Assembly (NCBI RefSeq): GCF_009914755.1
Contig: NC_060940.1
DNA from: the human T2T-CHM13v2.0 reference genome, Homo sapiens
DNA: 64,000 nucleotides
Reading direction: 5' to 3' (one strand)
The notes beneath the pieces were generated by a model that did not search any database, was not told the origin of the DNA, and worked only from the letters and a program-made list of their open reading frames with translations. Below, piece by piece: positions 25,034-40,445 of this stretch. The translations under genes and the position numbers were made by a program. Every line of letters begins with the position of its first letter. Within the stretch, counting starts at the first letter, position 1.

Positions 25034-25882
25034 ACCCAAGTCCATTGTCCATAGCCCTCTTCAATCTTTACTGCATTGCAGCAAAAGATATCTGATAAAT
25101 GCACTTGTAAAAGGAATGAGATTTCATGGCTTCCTAGGAGCATATGCATGGGGAAAAAGGGCAATGCTTACTCCAAAGAGGGAAGACTTTCTAACTGAGC
25201 CTTTCAGACATCAGAGGGCTGTGGGGTTGTGGCCAGAAGGCCAGTTTGAAACAGGACTGGCATGCTAGAGGGAGCTGGCAGCCGTGGGAAGCTTCCTGGG
25301 GTCTTATCCAGGCAACACAGTCATCTGAGCTGGGTTGCAGAGGCCAAGCCATAACCAAGAGGAAGCTAAAATAGTCTGGAATCTAGCAGTGAGTGGCAAA
25401 TCTGAGCTGTAAAGCTCGGATGGAAGAGAACAAGTCACAACAAAAAAGTGACTGCCACCCCATGTGGGCTATTCAGTTAGCAGGTGTGGGCACCATAGTA
25501 AGAAGTATTGAACACCAGATCATCTCATTCTTAACATTCTAAGGGAAGCCTGTTTTACAATTTTGGAGTCTTAGGCTTAGTGAATCTACCCAGGGTCACA
25601 GAGCTGGGAGGAACAGGTCCACAATTTAAACCCAAATCTTTTGGATTTCAACCAGTTCTCTGAAAGTTGGCTGAAGACTGGGGAAGGTGTTCCAGGTATA
25701 CCTGTCTCGTGTCCTCTTACCTTATACCTTGCAGACCTGTTAGCTACATACAAGGCTGAGGCTAAGGCTAATGTCTTCCAGTTTTTTCTCATGGACTCAT
25801 GCCAACCTAGAGACCCATTTTTTTTTTTCTGGAATCCCATTTGTTTTAATTGACTAGACTTTGAGCTGAGGAGGGTGACTGA

Positions 25883-25913
25883 GTGTGTGTGTATGTGTGT
25901 GTGTGTGTGTGTG
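25883..25913. repeat. (TG)n microsatellite
   Basis: About 15 TG units with one interruption. Confidence 0.9.
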
Positions 25914-26247
25914 CGCATGTGCATCTGGTCTTATCAGCTCACTTAGACTGTGCTAAAATAATGTGTTTTGGTAAAAAAACAACATTGCCACTTGGTATCA
26001 AGCTGATTAATTCCTACAGAAGCTGTAATGAAAACGAAACCACATTTGTGTCCCAACCTTGCTACCATTCAGCATCTTCTGTGATTTTGTTTTTCTTAAT
26101 CTAGTTTCAGAATCTTAACAGCTTCTGTAATCTTCCAAAGATTCTACAGGACTTTCTTATATGACTTGCTTAGAGCAAATGAAAATAAAATTATATTTCT
26201 CTGGCTTCTCACAAATTCTTGGAGGTTGTGCATATTTCCTCAAATGA

Positions 26248-26603
<356 letters not shown>

Positions 26604-26689
26604 TGAGTCTAATTTTGGCAACCCCCAGTGCATTTCATGGAAGGGATAGTTAGAGCTAACACACAATTTTCCCTGTGTCATTTGCTAGT

Positions 26690-26885
26690 TACTGTTTATG
26701 TGCATTTTTACACATATTAATTCTTTTAAACTATACAAGAGCTCTATGAGATAGGTACTATTATTATCTTCATATTAAAAGTTTGTAGAGGTTAAAAAGA
26801 CTTCCCCCAAACCACACAGCTATTAATGCTAGCCTTTGAATTCAGGAGGTCTGGCCCAAGAGTCCACTCTTTTAACCACTCCACT
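26690..26885 (-). mobile_element. MIR SINE
   Basis: ctctatgagataggtactattattatc ... ccacacagcta .. ttgaattcaggaggtctggc. Confidence 0.75.
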
Positions 26886-27219
26886 AGTGTCCTTTATGTA
26901 TCCCGAGGCTATTTCAAGAAATCTTAAAGCAGCTCACGTTATTGAGCCCATATTATGTGCCGAATATTTTGTAGGGTGTTTTACATGCATTTTTGGGTAG
27001 TTCCCAAACATGGTGACTGCCGTAATTATTAGGGAACTTAAAAAATGTTTCTTTTCTCTAGGAGCCACCTATAGCCTCCTCAATCAGTTATTAGGAGTAG
27101 AAGTGAAAACAGGGATCAGCATTTGAGTTGTAGTTTGACCCATGTGCTAGGGGGGTCCCAGGAAACTTGGGAAGGGGAAGGAGATATTCCCTTCTTCTAT
27201 TCTCAGGAACCATGATCAC

Positions 27220-27389
27220 ATTTTTCTGGCTTCTCAGAAATTCTTGGAGGTTGTGTGTATTTCCTCAAATGATGGGCCACTGGAAAGCTAACCTCACGTT
27301 ATCATGATTTACTGAATGTTGAGTCTAATTCTGGCAACTCCCAATGCATTTCACGGAAAGGATCGTTACGGTAAACACAGAATGTGTCA
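27220..27389 (+). repeat. Dispersed direct duplication of 26194-26295 + 26605-26679 (Alu-free copy)
   Basis: tctggcttctca.aaattcttggaggttgtg..tatttcctcaaatgatgggccac and gagtctaatt.tggcaac are present in both copies. Confidence 0.93.
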
Positions 27390-28344
27390 CATATTTTGCA
27401 CAATATTTTCCCCAGTAGCCTTCAATTGGCTCAATTTGGAGAGGTCGTTCTCCAGTGGGGAAGAAGGAATAACAAAAGGAGCATTTTTGGAGCATTTATT
27501 AACAGTATAGGCTAGGCTTTTTTTCTATGTATTTTATATGTGTCTATTCATTTAATGCCCTTGATAATCCACTGAAAGAGGTGTCATTATTATCATCCCA
27601 TTTTACAGAAGAAGAAACTGAAACAAGAAGGTAAGTGATTTGCGTCAATGTTACACTGCAGGGGAAAGGAAACCGGGGAAGAGAGAGACAGGATAATAGC
27701 TGCCTGAGTTAGGTGTAAATGTCCTTCATAGAGATTCAGAAACCTTCCCAAGACCACACAGCTATGAATGCCAGGATTTGGACTCAGGCTGTCTGGCTCA
27801 AGAGTCCATACACTTACACACTCTGCTGGTGTTCTGTGTGTACTCCTGGGCTGTTTTGTTCAATCACAAATTGGATAACATTATTGAGTCCTTATGACAT
27901 GAGAAATGTTTTGTTGAGTGGACTCGAGCCCCAAGGCCTGCAGTGTTTCAGTCTGTTTTCCCACATTACCACAGCAAGGCTGTTTACTCATCAACCTTCC
28001 ATCCCCGTTGAGAATGGAGGGGGAGGACGTGCAGAGGATTCATGTTTACGGAGCACACTGCACCAGGGTCTGGGACACGGTGCTAGATAGTTATATACGT
28101 CACTTTATTTCATCTTTACTGTCCCATGAAACTGTTGGTGCTCATAAGGAGGCCAGATACTGAAACAAAGTGGAAATGAACTGCCCAGAAAACTGAGATC
28201 TGTCTATTTTTCTTCATATTCTTTTTTCTTTTTTGCTTGGATAATTGCAGTAGCCTGCTACACCCTCTACCTGCAGTTCAAGCCTGCCACTAATCCGTTC
28301 TCCATGGGGTGGCCAGAGCGATTACAAATATAAATGAACTCAAG

Positions 28345-28505
28345 TTCTGTAGTCTAGTTAATAGTATCATGCCAATGTCAATTTGCCACTTCTGTAAGTC
28401 CTACAAGATGTCACCATTGGGGAAAATGAGTGAAGGGCTGATGGGACTCTATGTACTATTTTGTGACTTGCTGTGAATCTATAATTATTTCAAAATTAAA
28501 AGTAA
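28345..28505 (+). mobile_element. Old L1M 3' end
   Basis: caagatgtcaccattgggg..gtgaaggg..ggactctatgtactattt..tgtgaatctataattatttcaaaattaaaag. Confidence 0.7.
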
Positions 28506-28509
28506 ATCA

Positions 28510-28835
<326 letters not shown>

Positions 28836-29234
28836 CTATTGTCTATCTAAATATTGCTTCATTGCAGTGACAGATACGTATAGATAGATGTCTACAGATG
28901 GCGAGGCAGACACACAGGCAGACATCTCCAGAGCTCAGAGCTCACCGCTTCCTATTGCTACTCGCCGCAGCCTGCATGCTGTGGCCCCCTGGTTACTCCC
29001 CTGGTTCCCTGCACCTCGCACCACCCATCTCCTCCACTATAATGTTCCAGCCACACTTGCCTCCTCCCTGCCTCAGGACCTTAGCACTTGATGACTCTCT
29101 TTCTGGACCATGTGGGCTATTCCCGTGACTGGGTCCTGCTTGGTCAGGTTTCAGCTTGTGTTGCATCCTCAGAGAGGTTCTTCTGACCTCTCTGCCTTTA
29201 CATGTCCTCTCCCTGTGTCCTTTTTGATTTTTCC

Positions 29235-29365
29235 AAGCATCAGCAAACTTTCAGCAAAGGGCCAGAGTAAATACTTCAGGCTTTATGAGGCACCAAAAGT
29301 CCCTATTACATATTATCCTGTTTGTTTACAACCCTTTAAAAATGTAAAAAAATCGTTATTAGTTT
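29235..29365. mobile_element. MER58-type DNA transposon fragment
   Basis: cagcaaacttt..aaagggccagagtaaata..tcaggcttt. Confidence 0.55.
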
Positions 29366-29942
29366 GTGATTTACTGACTCTTGATTTAGACTATCTCAGT
29401 GTCTGATTTATATTCTACTCAGCACTGCCCATCTAAGATTAGTTTTGCAAAGCCTTACTATACGTTTACTGCCCGCCTTCCCCTCTAGATTGTGGGCTCC
29501 ATGAGGACAGGTGTTTTTTTCTGGATCACATCCAAGCCTTGATCTAGTGTCTGCCCTGCAGTAGATGCCTAACACGTACTAATTAATAAAGGAATAAATG
29601 AGGGAAATTCATCAGCCTTTTTCCTCGACACCGCCAGGAAGTTTCAGCCTGGCATGGCTTGGAGTGACCAGAAATCTCTGTGCCCTCTCTTTTGCCCACT
29701 TGCCTCTGTGCTAAGGGGGTTAGAATACTTCTGTTCAACAAACAGACTGCCAGCATTTGGACCCCCATCAAGTTGCTCACTTCTACAAATACAGGTAGAA
29801 GTGGGAAAGATGAGAGTCAGCACTGCCCCACGTGGCACATCAGTTTAGGACTTTTAGATGCCATTGACAAATGCCCAAATAACTTGCAACCTCCATTCAT
29901 TAGGAAACCAAGAGTCAGCTCATTGGCCTCCCAGTTGGCCTT

Positions 29943-30235
29943 CTTTTTTTCTTTTTGAGACGGAGTCTCGCTCTGTCGCCAGGCTGGAGTGCAGTGGCAC
30001 GATCTTGGCTCACTGCAACCTCCGCCTCCACAGTTCAAGCCATTCTCCTGTCTCAGCCTCCTGAGTAGCTGGGACTACAGGCACATGCCATCATGCCCAG
30101 CTAATTTTTGTATTTTCAGTAGAGACGGGGTTTCACTATGTTGGCCAGGATGGTCTTGATCTGTTGACCTCGTGATCTACCTGCCTTGGCCTCCCAAAGT
30201 GCTGGGATTACAGGCATGAGCCATCATGCCCGACC
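29943..30235 (-). mobile_element. AluSc-like with TSD cccagttggccttctt
   Basis: gctctgtcgccaggctgg..ttggccaggatggtcttgatct. TSD on both sides. Confidence 0.95.
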
Positions 30236-30341
30236 CCCAGTTGGCCTTCTTAGAGTGGGCACCACTAGGTACCAGACCCCAGCTCTGCCACAAATACGGG
30301 AAAATTCAAGCATGGTAACTGGCCACGGTCCAATGTTGTTT

Positions 30342-30390
30342 GTGATGATGATGATCACGATAATGATGATGATGGTAATGATGGTGATGA
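30342..30390. repeat. (GAT)n imperfect trinucleotide repeat
   Basis: gtgatgatgatgatcacgataatgatgatgatggtaatgatggtgatg. Confidence 0.85.
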
Positions 30391-31649
30391 CTTTTTTCCT
30401 TTGGAAATGAACATAGCTTTATTGTTTCTTTTCTATTACACAGATAATTTGCAGAAATTTTAGAAACTTCAAATAATACAAGGAAGATTAAAACAACAAA
30501 AAACCCCTCAACTCATCCAAATTCGCATCAGCCCTAAATAGCCATTTAACCACGTTCTATTTTAAAGAGCATCTTTCCAGATATCTTTCCAGTGCTTAAA
30601 GAAACACACATCTATATAATTTACATAAGTGGGATTACAAGATACCGAATGTTCCACACTTTGCCTTTTTGCTCAGATGATGGTGATTTTAATGAACAAG
30701 TAAAGCAGAATCAGCATAGGAGAAATACGTCCTCTATCACAGTGACACATGCAAGCTTGGGGGTCTCTGCCTAAATGTAAAAGCTAACCCCAGGGGACCC
30801 AAGAGAGAAGTAAATGATCTGTGCTAATTCTCAGGACCTTACTCATAGGACTATTGGACCAGAGTTCTTCCAACCAAATACCTGTGGTTCAAACAAACGT
30901 GCTCCCTGCTGCCTTCTTTCTGTGACCATTCAAGCCCAAATACTACTTATGTACGGCATACGTGCTGATCATTTTCTTATCCGGAAAAATAGCTTCCAGA
31001 ATTACTGCAGGCCATCAAAGTCTGGAATCAGAGATTAAAATGTGGAGGTAATTGGTGTCTGGGTATCTCAGGTGGAGCGTCCGTGTATTGCATCATTTCA
31101 AAGTTTAAATAGCAAAGGTCAAAAATGATATGAGGGAGGAATGTTTATTTAGGTCAGTTCTTGGATTTTTCTATCTGGTGGAATTCCTCTCTGCACTCTG
31201 ATTACCTCACATCTGAAAAAAAATAAATTTGAAAGTCCTGATTGTACTTCAGGGAAGAGGCACTTTTACTGTCTCAGGGAGGTCAGCTGATGTAAAAATT
31301 TGAATAGCTAATATTTATTGCCACTTCTCAGGCATCAGGCACTTGGAATGCATTTTGTATCTCCTACCTAGGACATCCTTGGTGGCAGGTGATCTCAGTA
31401 TCCACATTGCGTAGGTGAGGGGGCTGAGCTTAGAGCAGGCAGGTAATTTTCCCAGGTCACCCAGCTAGCAAGAGGCAAAGTCAGGAATCTGGATCTAGCC
31501 CTGTCTGAGTCAGAGCTGCCCTCCTAACTGCCATGTTGACACAGTGTAGGTGCACTATAAACACATTTTCCTTTCTCTTACCCTTACAATAGGGGGCCTT
31601 TGATAAGGGAAAGCCTCATGTCCTCATGTCTGATTTTTTCTATCCCGAG

Positions 31650-32480
31650 CATTTATTTATTCACGCATTCATTTAATAAATATTTCTTGCCCTCCTTCTC
31701 TGCACCAGACATTGTCCTAGGTCCTGTGCATACAGCAGCAGACCAAACAAAGCCACTTCCCTCTCTTGCTTCATGGCGCTTACTTTGCAGTGTGGAAGGT
31801 AGGTTATTTGAAAACACAAACAAACAAACAAAAAACAGAGATAAATATGTGCTATGTCAGGGGTCACAGGGGAAAAGTAAAGCAGAGTATGGAAGGTAGA
31901 GAGGGACATGGGTGTGTCCTACAGGGTGGTCAGGGAAGAATTTTGGAAGAGATGGTAGTTGAGTAGGAGCCTGAAAGAGATGTGAAGGTGAAGCCTGCAG
32001 GTATTTGAAGAAAGAGCATTCCAGGGAAGGGCACGTGCAAAGGCCCTGGGGCAGGAGCATGCCTGAGGGCCAGAGAGAGTGCAGAGGGAAAAGAGAGGAT
32101 TAGAGAGAGAAGATGAGCTGGAAGAGAAAATAGGAGGTGTTGATCAGATCACATGGGGCTTTGTAGGCCATTGTGAAGGATGTGGGATTTACCTTGAGTG
32201 AGCTGAGGTTTGAGCAGATGAGTGCTCTGACCCGACTACATCTTAACAGAACCGTTCTGACACTCATGTGAGGGGGCAGATAGGTGGGGAGCGAGGATGG
32301 ATGCAGACAGGCTGATCAGGAGGCCATTGTGATAATCTAGGTGAGAGACCACGGGGTCTTGGGGCAAAGTATGAGCACTAAAGGTGGCTAGAAGTGATTG
32401 GATCCTCTGCACTTTGAAAAAAGAGTGCATGGTTTTTTATTTTTTTTTTTTTTATAAATTGGATGTGCAGAGAGAAAGAA
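31650..32480 (-). mobile_element. L2 LINE fragment
   Basis: cattcatttaataaatattt ... agcattccagggaaggg..gtgcaaaggccctggggcagga ... aggaggccattgtgataatctaggtgagag. Confidence 0.85.
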
Positions 32481-32967
32481 ACAAGAACAATACATTCCAT
32501 AACAGTTATGCCACTCTTCAGTATCAATGTGAAAATAATAAAAGAGCAGCTTGATGTCTTCAATCATGTTACCTATGCACTATGACCTGTCTCCTCCCAG
32601 GCAGAACAAATAGTGCAGACTCAAATCCACCCAACCGTCTGTGTTCCCTGGACAAGTAACTTTACCTCTCAGAGCCATTTATTCATCTACTGAGTAGGAG
32701 TATTAATATCAACAGTGCCTCCGTCAGAGCGTCTTAGCGTGCGATGACCCACGTGCGTGGCTTGGAGACATGCATATGGAGGGTGGGGACTAGGTGTTAG
32801 TCCTTATTTCTCTTAGGAGTCACATAGGCCTTTGTTTTAGTCATGAGATTAGGGCCCTTCTTTTGAGGTTGCTGCAACCCTGGGGAGAGTGATTATCTAG
32901 CACTGTGGCTAAGGTCAGAAACTCAGGAATCAGTTACAAGGAAACCATAGTCAAGATGGCTCCATCA

Positions 32968-33149
<182 letters not shown>

Positions 33150-34218
33150 GGGATTCAGGCCCTCTATGCCTCAGTTTGCTCACCTAGGAAATGGGGAGAG
33201 TAAACTCTCCCTTGCAGGGTGGCTGGGAGGATTAAATGAGGGGATAGAGGAACAATGAGCAGAGAACAGCTCCTCAATTACTCCTGCTTCCGTTCTCTTT
33301 CTTCCAAGTCTCTGTTCTCGGTCACCAAATACCTGCATTGGGATTTGTCTTCACATTTCACGTCCGCTCTGGGTTATGGAAAATTATACTTCTGTCCTGT
33401 AGCATACAGACCTGCAGCTAGGTCTGGGGCTGGGGATTTAATGTCTTTGCAAATTGTCTGATTCTGACATTTACTGTTCTCCGCTTGTCCTGGGCTGGAA
33501 TCTGCAAGATGAGGCAGCTCTAGGCTTTGTTCTGAGCAGAGGCAGTACACGCCCCAGTCTGTTTGTGAGGCATAAATGAGAGGTGGAATTAGACTTTATT
33601 GTTATTATTAAGTCATATAAGTATCAGTAGTGATTTCCATCACTACCTCTCATCTGGGATGCTGCCCCTGCTGTCCCAGGTCCATGCTCACTCCTTTCAA
33701 CCTTTTCTCCATGTGGCTTCCAGAGGCCAGAGGGATCATTTAAAATGCCCTATCACATCATAGTTGTCTTAAAACATTCTCCTTCCGCCTCACACTAGTC
33801 TAGCCACACTGGCCTGCCATTTGCAACTTGACTTTCCATCCTTTCTTCTGCCAAAGGGCCTTTCCACATGCTATTCTGTTTCCTGGTTGGGGGGTGGTGG
33901 GGTGCATTGGTGCATATAGGGTTACATAACAAGGTAAAATCAATAAGGTACAGTTGGAGTATTTAGAGGCCCAGCGCTCTGAAAATATCAATCACACTGC
34001 TGCCATATGCAATTTAGAACAAAATAACAGTAAGCAGTAACATATAATTTTGTTTTTCAAAATACACACATTTATGTAGTTGTGCTGAAATACATTTATT
34101 CTCGTTTGCTTGCTCTTGCTTTCTCCTTTCAGATGTTCTTATTAATTCTCTTTTAGGCTCAGTCTCTCTGGGGCTCTGCTTTACTGATACCCTAAACTGT
34201 ACTTAATTTCCCAATTGA

Positions 34219-34593
<375 letters not shown>

Positions 34594-34632
34594 TAATTAA
34601 AAGAGGGCAGAGTAAGGAGTATTCAAAGATAG

Positions 34633-34980
<348 letters not shown>

Positions 34981-35150
34981 CTCATTATTGTTTTTAAAAT
35001 AATGATGACAATAATGGTAAAAATTTGCCATATAATTGTCATTCACATGAAGGAGGGACTTCACTGAATCCTTCCCAGAACTCTTTAAGGAAGTATTATC
35101 AACTTCATTTTACAAGAAAAGCTAAGGCTCTGAGAAGTTGTGTTGCTGCC

Positions 35151-35539
35151 CGTTGTGGACTGAATTTCCTGTCCCTCCCCTCCTCGATTCCTGTGTTGAA
35201 GCCCTAACCCCCCATGGGATCGTATGTGGAGACAGGAACTGCAAGGAGGTGATAAAGGTTAAATGAGGTCAGAGGGGTAAGGCTCTGATCTGATAGGACT
35301 GATGCCCTTATAAGAAAAGGAAGAGACGCCAGAGCATTTTCTCTCTGTACCATATGAGGACAAAGTGAGAAGGTGAACGTCTACAAGACAGAAAAAGAGC
35401 CCTCACCAGGAACTCAATCAGCCAGTGCCTTGATTTTGGACTTCTCAGTTTCTAAAATTATGAGAAAACAGATTTCTGTTATTTAAGCTACCCAGTCTAT
35501 AATAGTATTTTGTTATGGCAGCCCAAGTGGACTAATACA
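35151..35539 (+). mobile_element. MLT1A-like solo LTR inserted in a MIR
   Basis: gttgtggactgaat .. aaggttaaatgaggtc .. ttgttatggcagcccaag..actaataca. Confidence 0.88.
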
Positions 35540-35906
35540 CTCCCCAAGCTGCTCTAACCACGAACAGCTGAAGACAGAATTCACATTCAGGTCACCTGAC
35601 CCCAAAGCCTGGGCTCTCAACCCAAAGCCTGACTCATCATGAACATTTGGGCTCCTAAGTCCAGGGAGTTCCTCTAATATCACACTATACAGAAAGATCT
35701 CATGTAGAAGCAAGTCAAATGAGACCTGATAACGCCCAGGCATGATAATTTTATTCCCTATACCCAAAAAGCAGGAGAGATTCTCTGACCTGCAGCCTCA
35801 GTTTGCAAGACTAGGAGAATCCTGGCCACCATGTCTGAGTTGATGGCCTTGTGTGTGGCTGTGAGACATGTGGAGGAGCCCAGGACAAGGCCAGCATCCA
35901 CAGAGG

Positions 35907-36335
35907 TGTGTGAGTTTCCTAGGGATACTATTACTGCAAACTGAGTGGCTCACAACAACAGAAATTGATTCTCTCACAGTTCTGGAGATTAGAAGTCTGA
36001 AATCTAGGTGTCGGCAGGATTGATCCTTCTGGAGGCACCGAGAGAATCTGTTCCATGCCTCTCTCTTAGATTTTGGTGACCTCTAGCAATCCTTGGTGTT
36101 CCTTGGCTTGTAGATGCTCCACTTTAATCTTTGCCTCTGTCATCCCAGGACATTCTCTGGTGTGTCTCTGCATCCAAATTTCTTCTTCTTATAAGGATAC
36201 CAGTCATTGGGTTAGGACGAGTAGGCCCTCTTCTTGATTACATCTGCAAAGACCCTATTTCTAAATAAGGTCATATTTGCAAATATTGGGGATCAAGACT
36301 GCAATATTATCTTCTTGGGAAACACAATTCAACAG
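35907..36335 (-). mobile_element. MLT1C/D-like solo LTR
   Basis: acaacagaaattgattctctcacagttctggag ... catctgcaaagaccctatttc .. acacaattcaac. Confidence 0.85.
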
Positions 36336-36625
36336 AAAACAAGGTTCATAGGGGTGGTTTTAGCATCCACCCTAAGCCATGTGGAGTGACCATGCAACCC
36401 ATGTAAAACAGCAGCCATGACTGCTATGCAAATGCAGCTTCGAAACAATGCCCCATCTCTTTGCAGTAAGATGACCAACTGAAGTCCTGCTGCATAGAAC
36501 TTCCAGAGGCTCAGGATTTCACATAGTTTTGGTATGATAAAGGATGAGGTAAGCGAAGGTATAGGAGAGGGACTGAAATTGCAGCCACAGAGGTCCCTTG
36601 CTTACATATGCCTTTAAGGAAACCT

Positions 36626-37010
36626 GCTGTAATTAGGGCGGTTGGCTGATCGTCTCCAGCTGCTGCATGGTCAAATCCACTACAGCGTTTTTATGAGGCC
36701 ATATTCTCCTGGCCGCACTGAGCCAGTAACTAAGTAGGGTGAGGGTGCCAGTGCCAGCCCATCCTGCCTGATGAAGATTCTTCTAGTAGACAACACGTGC
36801 TTGGAGGCTAATCAGGCAGCTTCAGCATCTCCCTCCCACATCCTCTTTCCTTCCCTTTCTCCTTTCCCAGGTGTCAGACCCGCATCGTGGTCTAAAGCCT
36901 CTCCCCACCTCCTCCTCTTCCCTTCTCCTTTATCCTTCATAGGCATTTCCCCCAATAAATCTCTTGCATGTCAAATTCCTTCTTGGCGTCCACTTCTGAG
37001 AGAACCCAGA
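36626..37010 (+). mobile_element. ERVL LTR (LTR16-like)
   Basis: The 3' end ttcccccaataaatctcttgcatg.caaattcc.tcttggcgtc..cttc..agagaaccca is typical of LTR16/33. Confidence 0.7.
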
Positions 37011-37149
37011 AGAAGAATTGAAAATAGAGACATACAAATCCAGCCATCTTGGAAGGCCTGATACTCTGAAACTCAAGAACTTCAGCCTTCATGCTTACCA
37101 TATTCACATGGATAGGCAGATTTCACCCATGTGGAAGGTGTGTCAAAGA

Positions 37150-37570
37150 TGGCCTGGAGGCTAGCTAGCCGAGTAGACATTCTGTAACTATTCTCACCCC
37201 ATGCCCTGGCTTCTTTCCTCTATAGTGCCTGGAAAGCCAAATATTTATTTTCTAGCCTCTTTGCACTGAAGATTGCTTTCTCAATTGAAAAAAGGACAAG
37301 ATGAAGCTGGCACCACCCTTTCCTCCCTTTGTCCTGCCTTGAATATGAACATCATGCTTAGATCCTGAGTAGCCAATTGAGAACATGAGATAACAATCAT
37401 GAAGGAAAGATTCAGAGAAACATAGAGGCACCACCCCTGACATCACCAAGCTTCTGAATGAACACAGCAGCTGTTTACCTCTAGACATATTGTTATGTAA
37501 GAAAAATAGACCCTTATCTGTGTAAGGTACCATGTGCCACTTGCAGGTAAAAACATGCCTAGATGATACA
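37150..37570 (+). mobile_element. Old MLT1 (J/K-like) LTR
   Basis: tcctgccttgaatatgaacatcatg .. cagctgtttacctctagac.t.ttgttatgtaagaaaaata. Confidence 0.65.
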
Positions 37571-37914
37571 GAAGGCTTGATTTTGAATACATGCTCTGTG
37601 GATTTTGAGCAAAGGTCTCAGGAAATACTAGCAGCATCTTTGGGTGCAGGCAGAACATCATAGGCAGAGGGTCAGAAAGTAGTACCCGCATCCCTCTCTA
37701 CTTGGCATCCCATGCAGAGGTGGACATGTGCTAGGAGCTTCTGGATTAACTGTGGGGCTGAGAAGTGCCCCTGCTCCCTGTTGCTCTCTGTTTTGTTTTG
37801 ATGGGGTAGGCATGAGAGATATGGGCTTTAGTCTTTTCCCTAGTTTATTTGATTAACAGAAATAGGTTATAACAGTGAGAGTTTGTGGAAGAGAACATCA
37901 AACTTTTTTTTAGT

Positions 37915-38408
37915 GAAATCTTTTTTTAACTTTTAAATTCATGGGCACATGTGCAGATTTCTTACATAGTTAAACTTGTGTCACTGGGGTTTGTTGTAAA
38001 GATTATTTCATCACCCAGGTTTTAAGCCTAGTACCTATTAGTTATTTTTCCTGATCCTCTCCCTCCTCCCACTCTCTGCCCTCTAATAGGCCCCATTGTG
38101 TATTGTTCCCCTCTCTGTGTCCATGTATTCTCTTCATTTAGCTCCTACTTAGAAGTGAGAAGATGTGTTATTTGATTTTTTGTTCCTGCATTAGTTTACT
38201 AAGGATAATGGCCTTCAGCTCCATCCCAGTCCCTGCAAAGGACATGATCTCATTTTTTTTTATGACTGCATAGTGTCCCATGGTGTATAAGTACCACATT
38301 TTCTTTATCCATTATATTACTGATGGACATTTGGGTTGATTCCATGTCTTCGCTATTGTGAACAGTGCTGCAGTGAACATATATATGCACGTGTCTTTAT
38401 AATAGAAC
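37915..38408 (-). mobile_element. L1PA/L1PB 3' fragment (L1PA13-16-like)
   Basis: cacatgtgcagattt..gattatttcatcacccagg..gtccctgcaaaggacatgatctc..gtgtctttataatagaa. Confidence 0.9.
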
Positions 38409-39244
38409 ATCTTTATAAAGGATTTATACTTTTGCTTATCCAAGTGACAATGACTAGAACACAGAAGAAAGTGGTCTTGGGAAGACTTCCACAATGGAAG
38501 ACTTAGGAAAAAATTGCAACCACTCACTCATGTGTTTTTCAGGAGTTAATCTTTTTTATTTTATTAAAAAAAATTCAAGTCCACTTTCAACTTCCCGCAA
38601 AAACCCACATCTCCACCAGCTGAAAGTGAATCAACCCCATACTCAGAGCACAATCGGGCGTCATGTTCTTTACTTAATATCCGCAGTAGTAACACTCGAG
38701 CACCAAAAAAGCCCAACTAATTATATGTCTGTTTTTTCCGCTGTTATTATTTGCTTGTAACAAAAGGCACCTGCGCTGTTAATTATGCCCTTTTCATAAA
38801 CTTCTTCTCCAACCAACCAACCAAAAATGAGTTTTGGGGTAAAGGGTTGTGAGTTAGAAAGGGAGGTCTTTACATCAGATCTTTACATTTTTCCTTGAGT
38901 CTATACAATGACATTCTCATTCATATGAGGCCTCCATAACCCTCACTCTGGCCATCAGGGAAGACGATTCACTGAAATTTTAAGAAAAGAGATAAAAATG
39001 ATAAAATAGAAAATCTCGGAGAAGGGGAATCTAGAGGGAAGTGAGCCAAACCTCCCTTCTTTAAAAGTCATAGCCTCATTTTGAGGATGAGATTTCCTGG
39101 AGAAAAGTACACATCACAGCTATATCACGTACATATTGTAAAATATTCTCTGACAGTTTTTTTGCTATTTATATCCAGAGGCATAACATACAGGAAAGGG
39201 CACACATCTGAAGCATACACCTTGGTTACTTCTTTTTCTTTTGA

Positions 39245-39619
<375 letters not shown>

Positions 39620-40093
39620 TGAACCATTTTAGACTATAACATTCAGTGGCATGAACTGCAGTCACAGTTTTGTACAACTATTACCACTACTACTTCCAAA
39701 TTTTTTTATCATCCCACACAGAGACTCTGCAACAATTACAGCTTGACTGATTTTTACACATATTTACAATGTGTAGCCAAACCCCAGATCGAGATATAGA
39801 ACATTTCTAGCTTGCTCTCTTATACTCCTTTCCAGTTAATAACCTCCCAGAGGCAACCACTGTTCTGACTTCTAGCACCACATGTTAGTTTTGCCTAAAC
39901 ATCCACATACATGGAAGCAAACAAGATGTACTCTTTGTGTCTGGTTTCTTTTACTCAACAATGCCTGTGAGATTCACCCATATGGTTGCATATATCCAAT
40001 TTGTTCTTTCTTTACTGCTACATCATATACTATCATATGAACATATCACAGGTCTTTCAGTGAGCAGGAGGAGCACTTCTTTCTCTTGGCCAC

Positions 40094-40445
40094 TGTGCTA
40101 GTTTCTAGGGCTACCGTGACAAAGAACCACAGATTGGGTGCCTGAAACAACAGAAATTTGTTTTCTTAGTTGCGGAGGCTAGAAGTCCAAGATCAAGGTG
40201 TTGGTAGCTTTGGTTTCTTCTGAGGTCTCTCTCTTTAGCTTATAAATGGCCCTGTGCCTTCACATAAATTTTTTCCCCTCTGTAGATGTCTGTGTCCTGA
40301 TTTCCTCTTCTTATAGGTACACCAGTCATATGGGGATTAGGGCTTACTCCAGTAACCTCATTAATCTTTGATCACCTCTTTAAAGACCCTACTGAGAGGA
40401 CTTCAACATACAAATTTTGGGTGGGACACAATTCAGTACAAAACA
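40094..40445 (-). mobile_element. MLT1A/B-like solo LTR
   Basis: aaacaacagaaatt .. ggaggctagaagtccaagatcaaggtgttgg .. ggacacaattcag. Confidence 0.85.
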
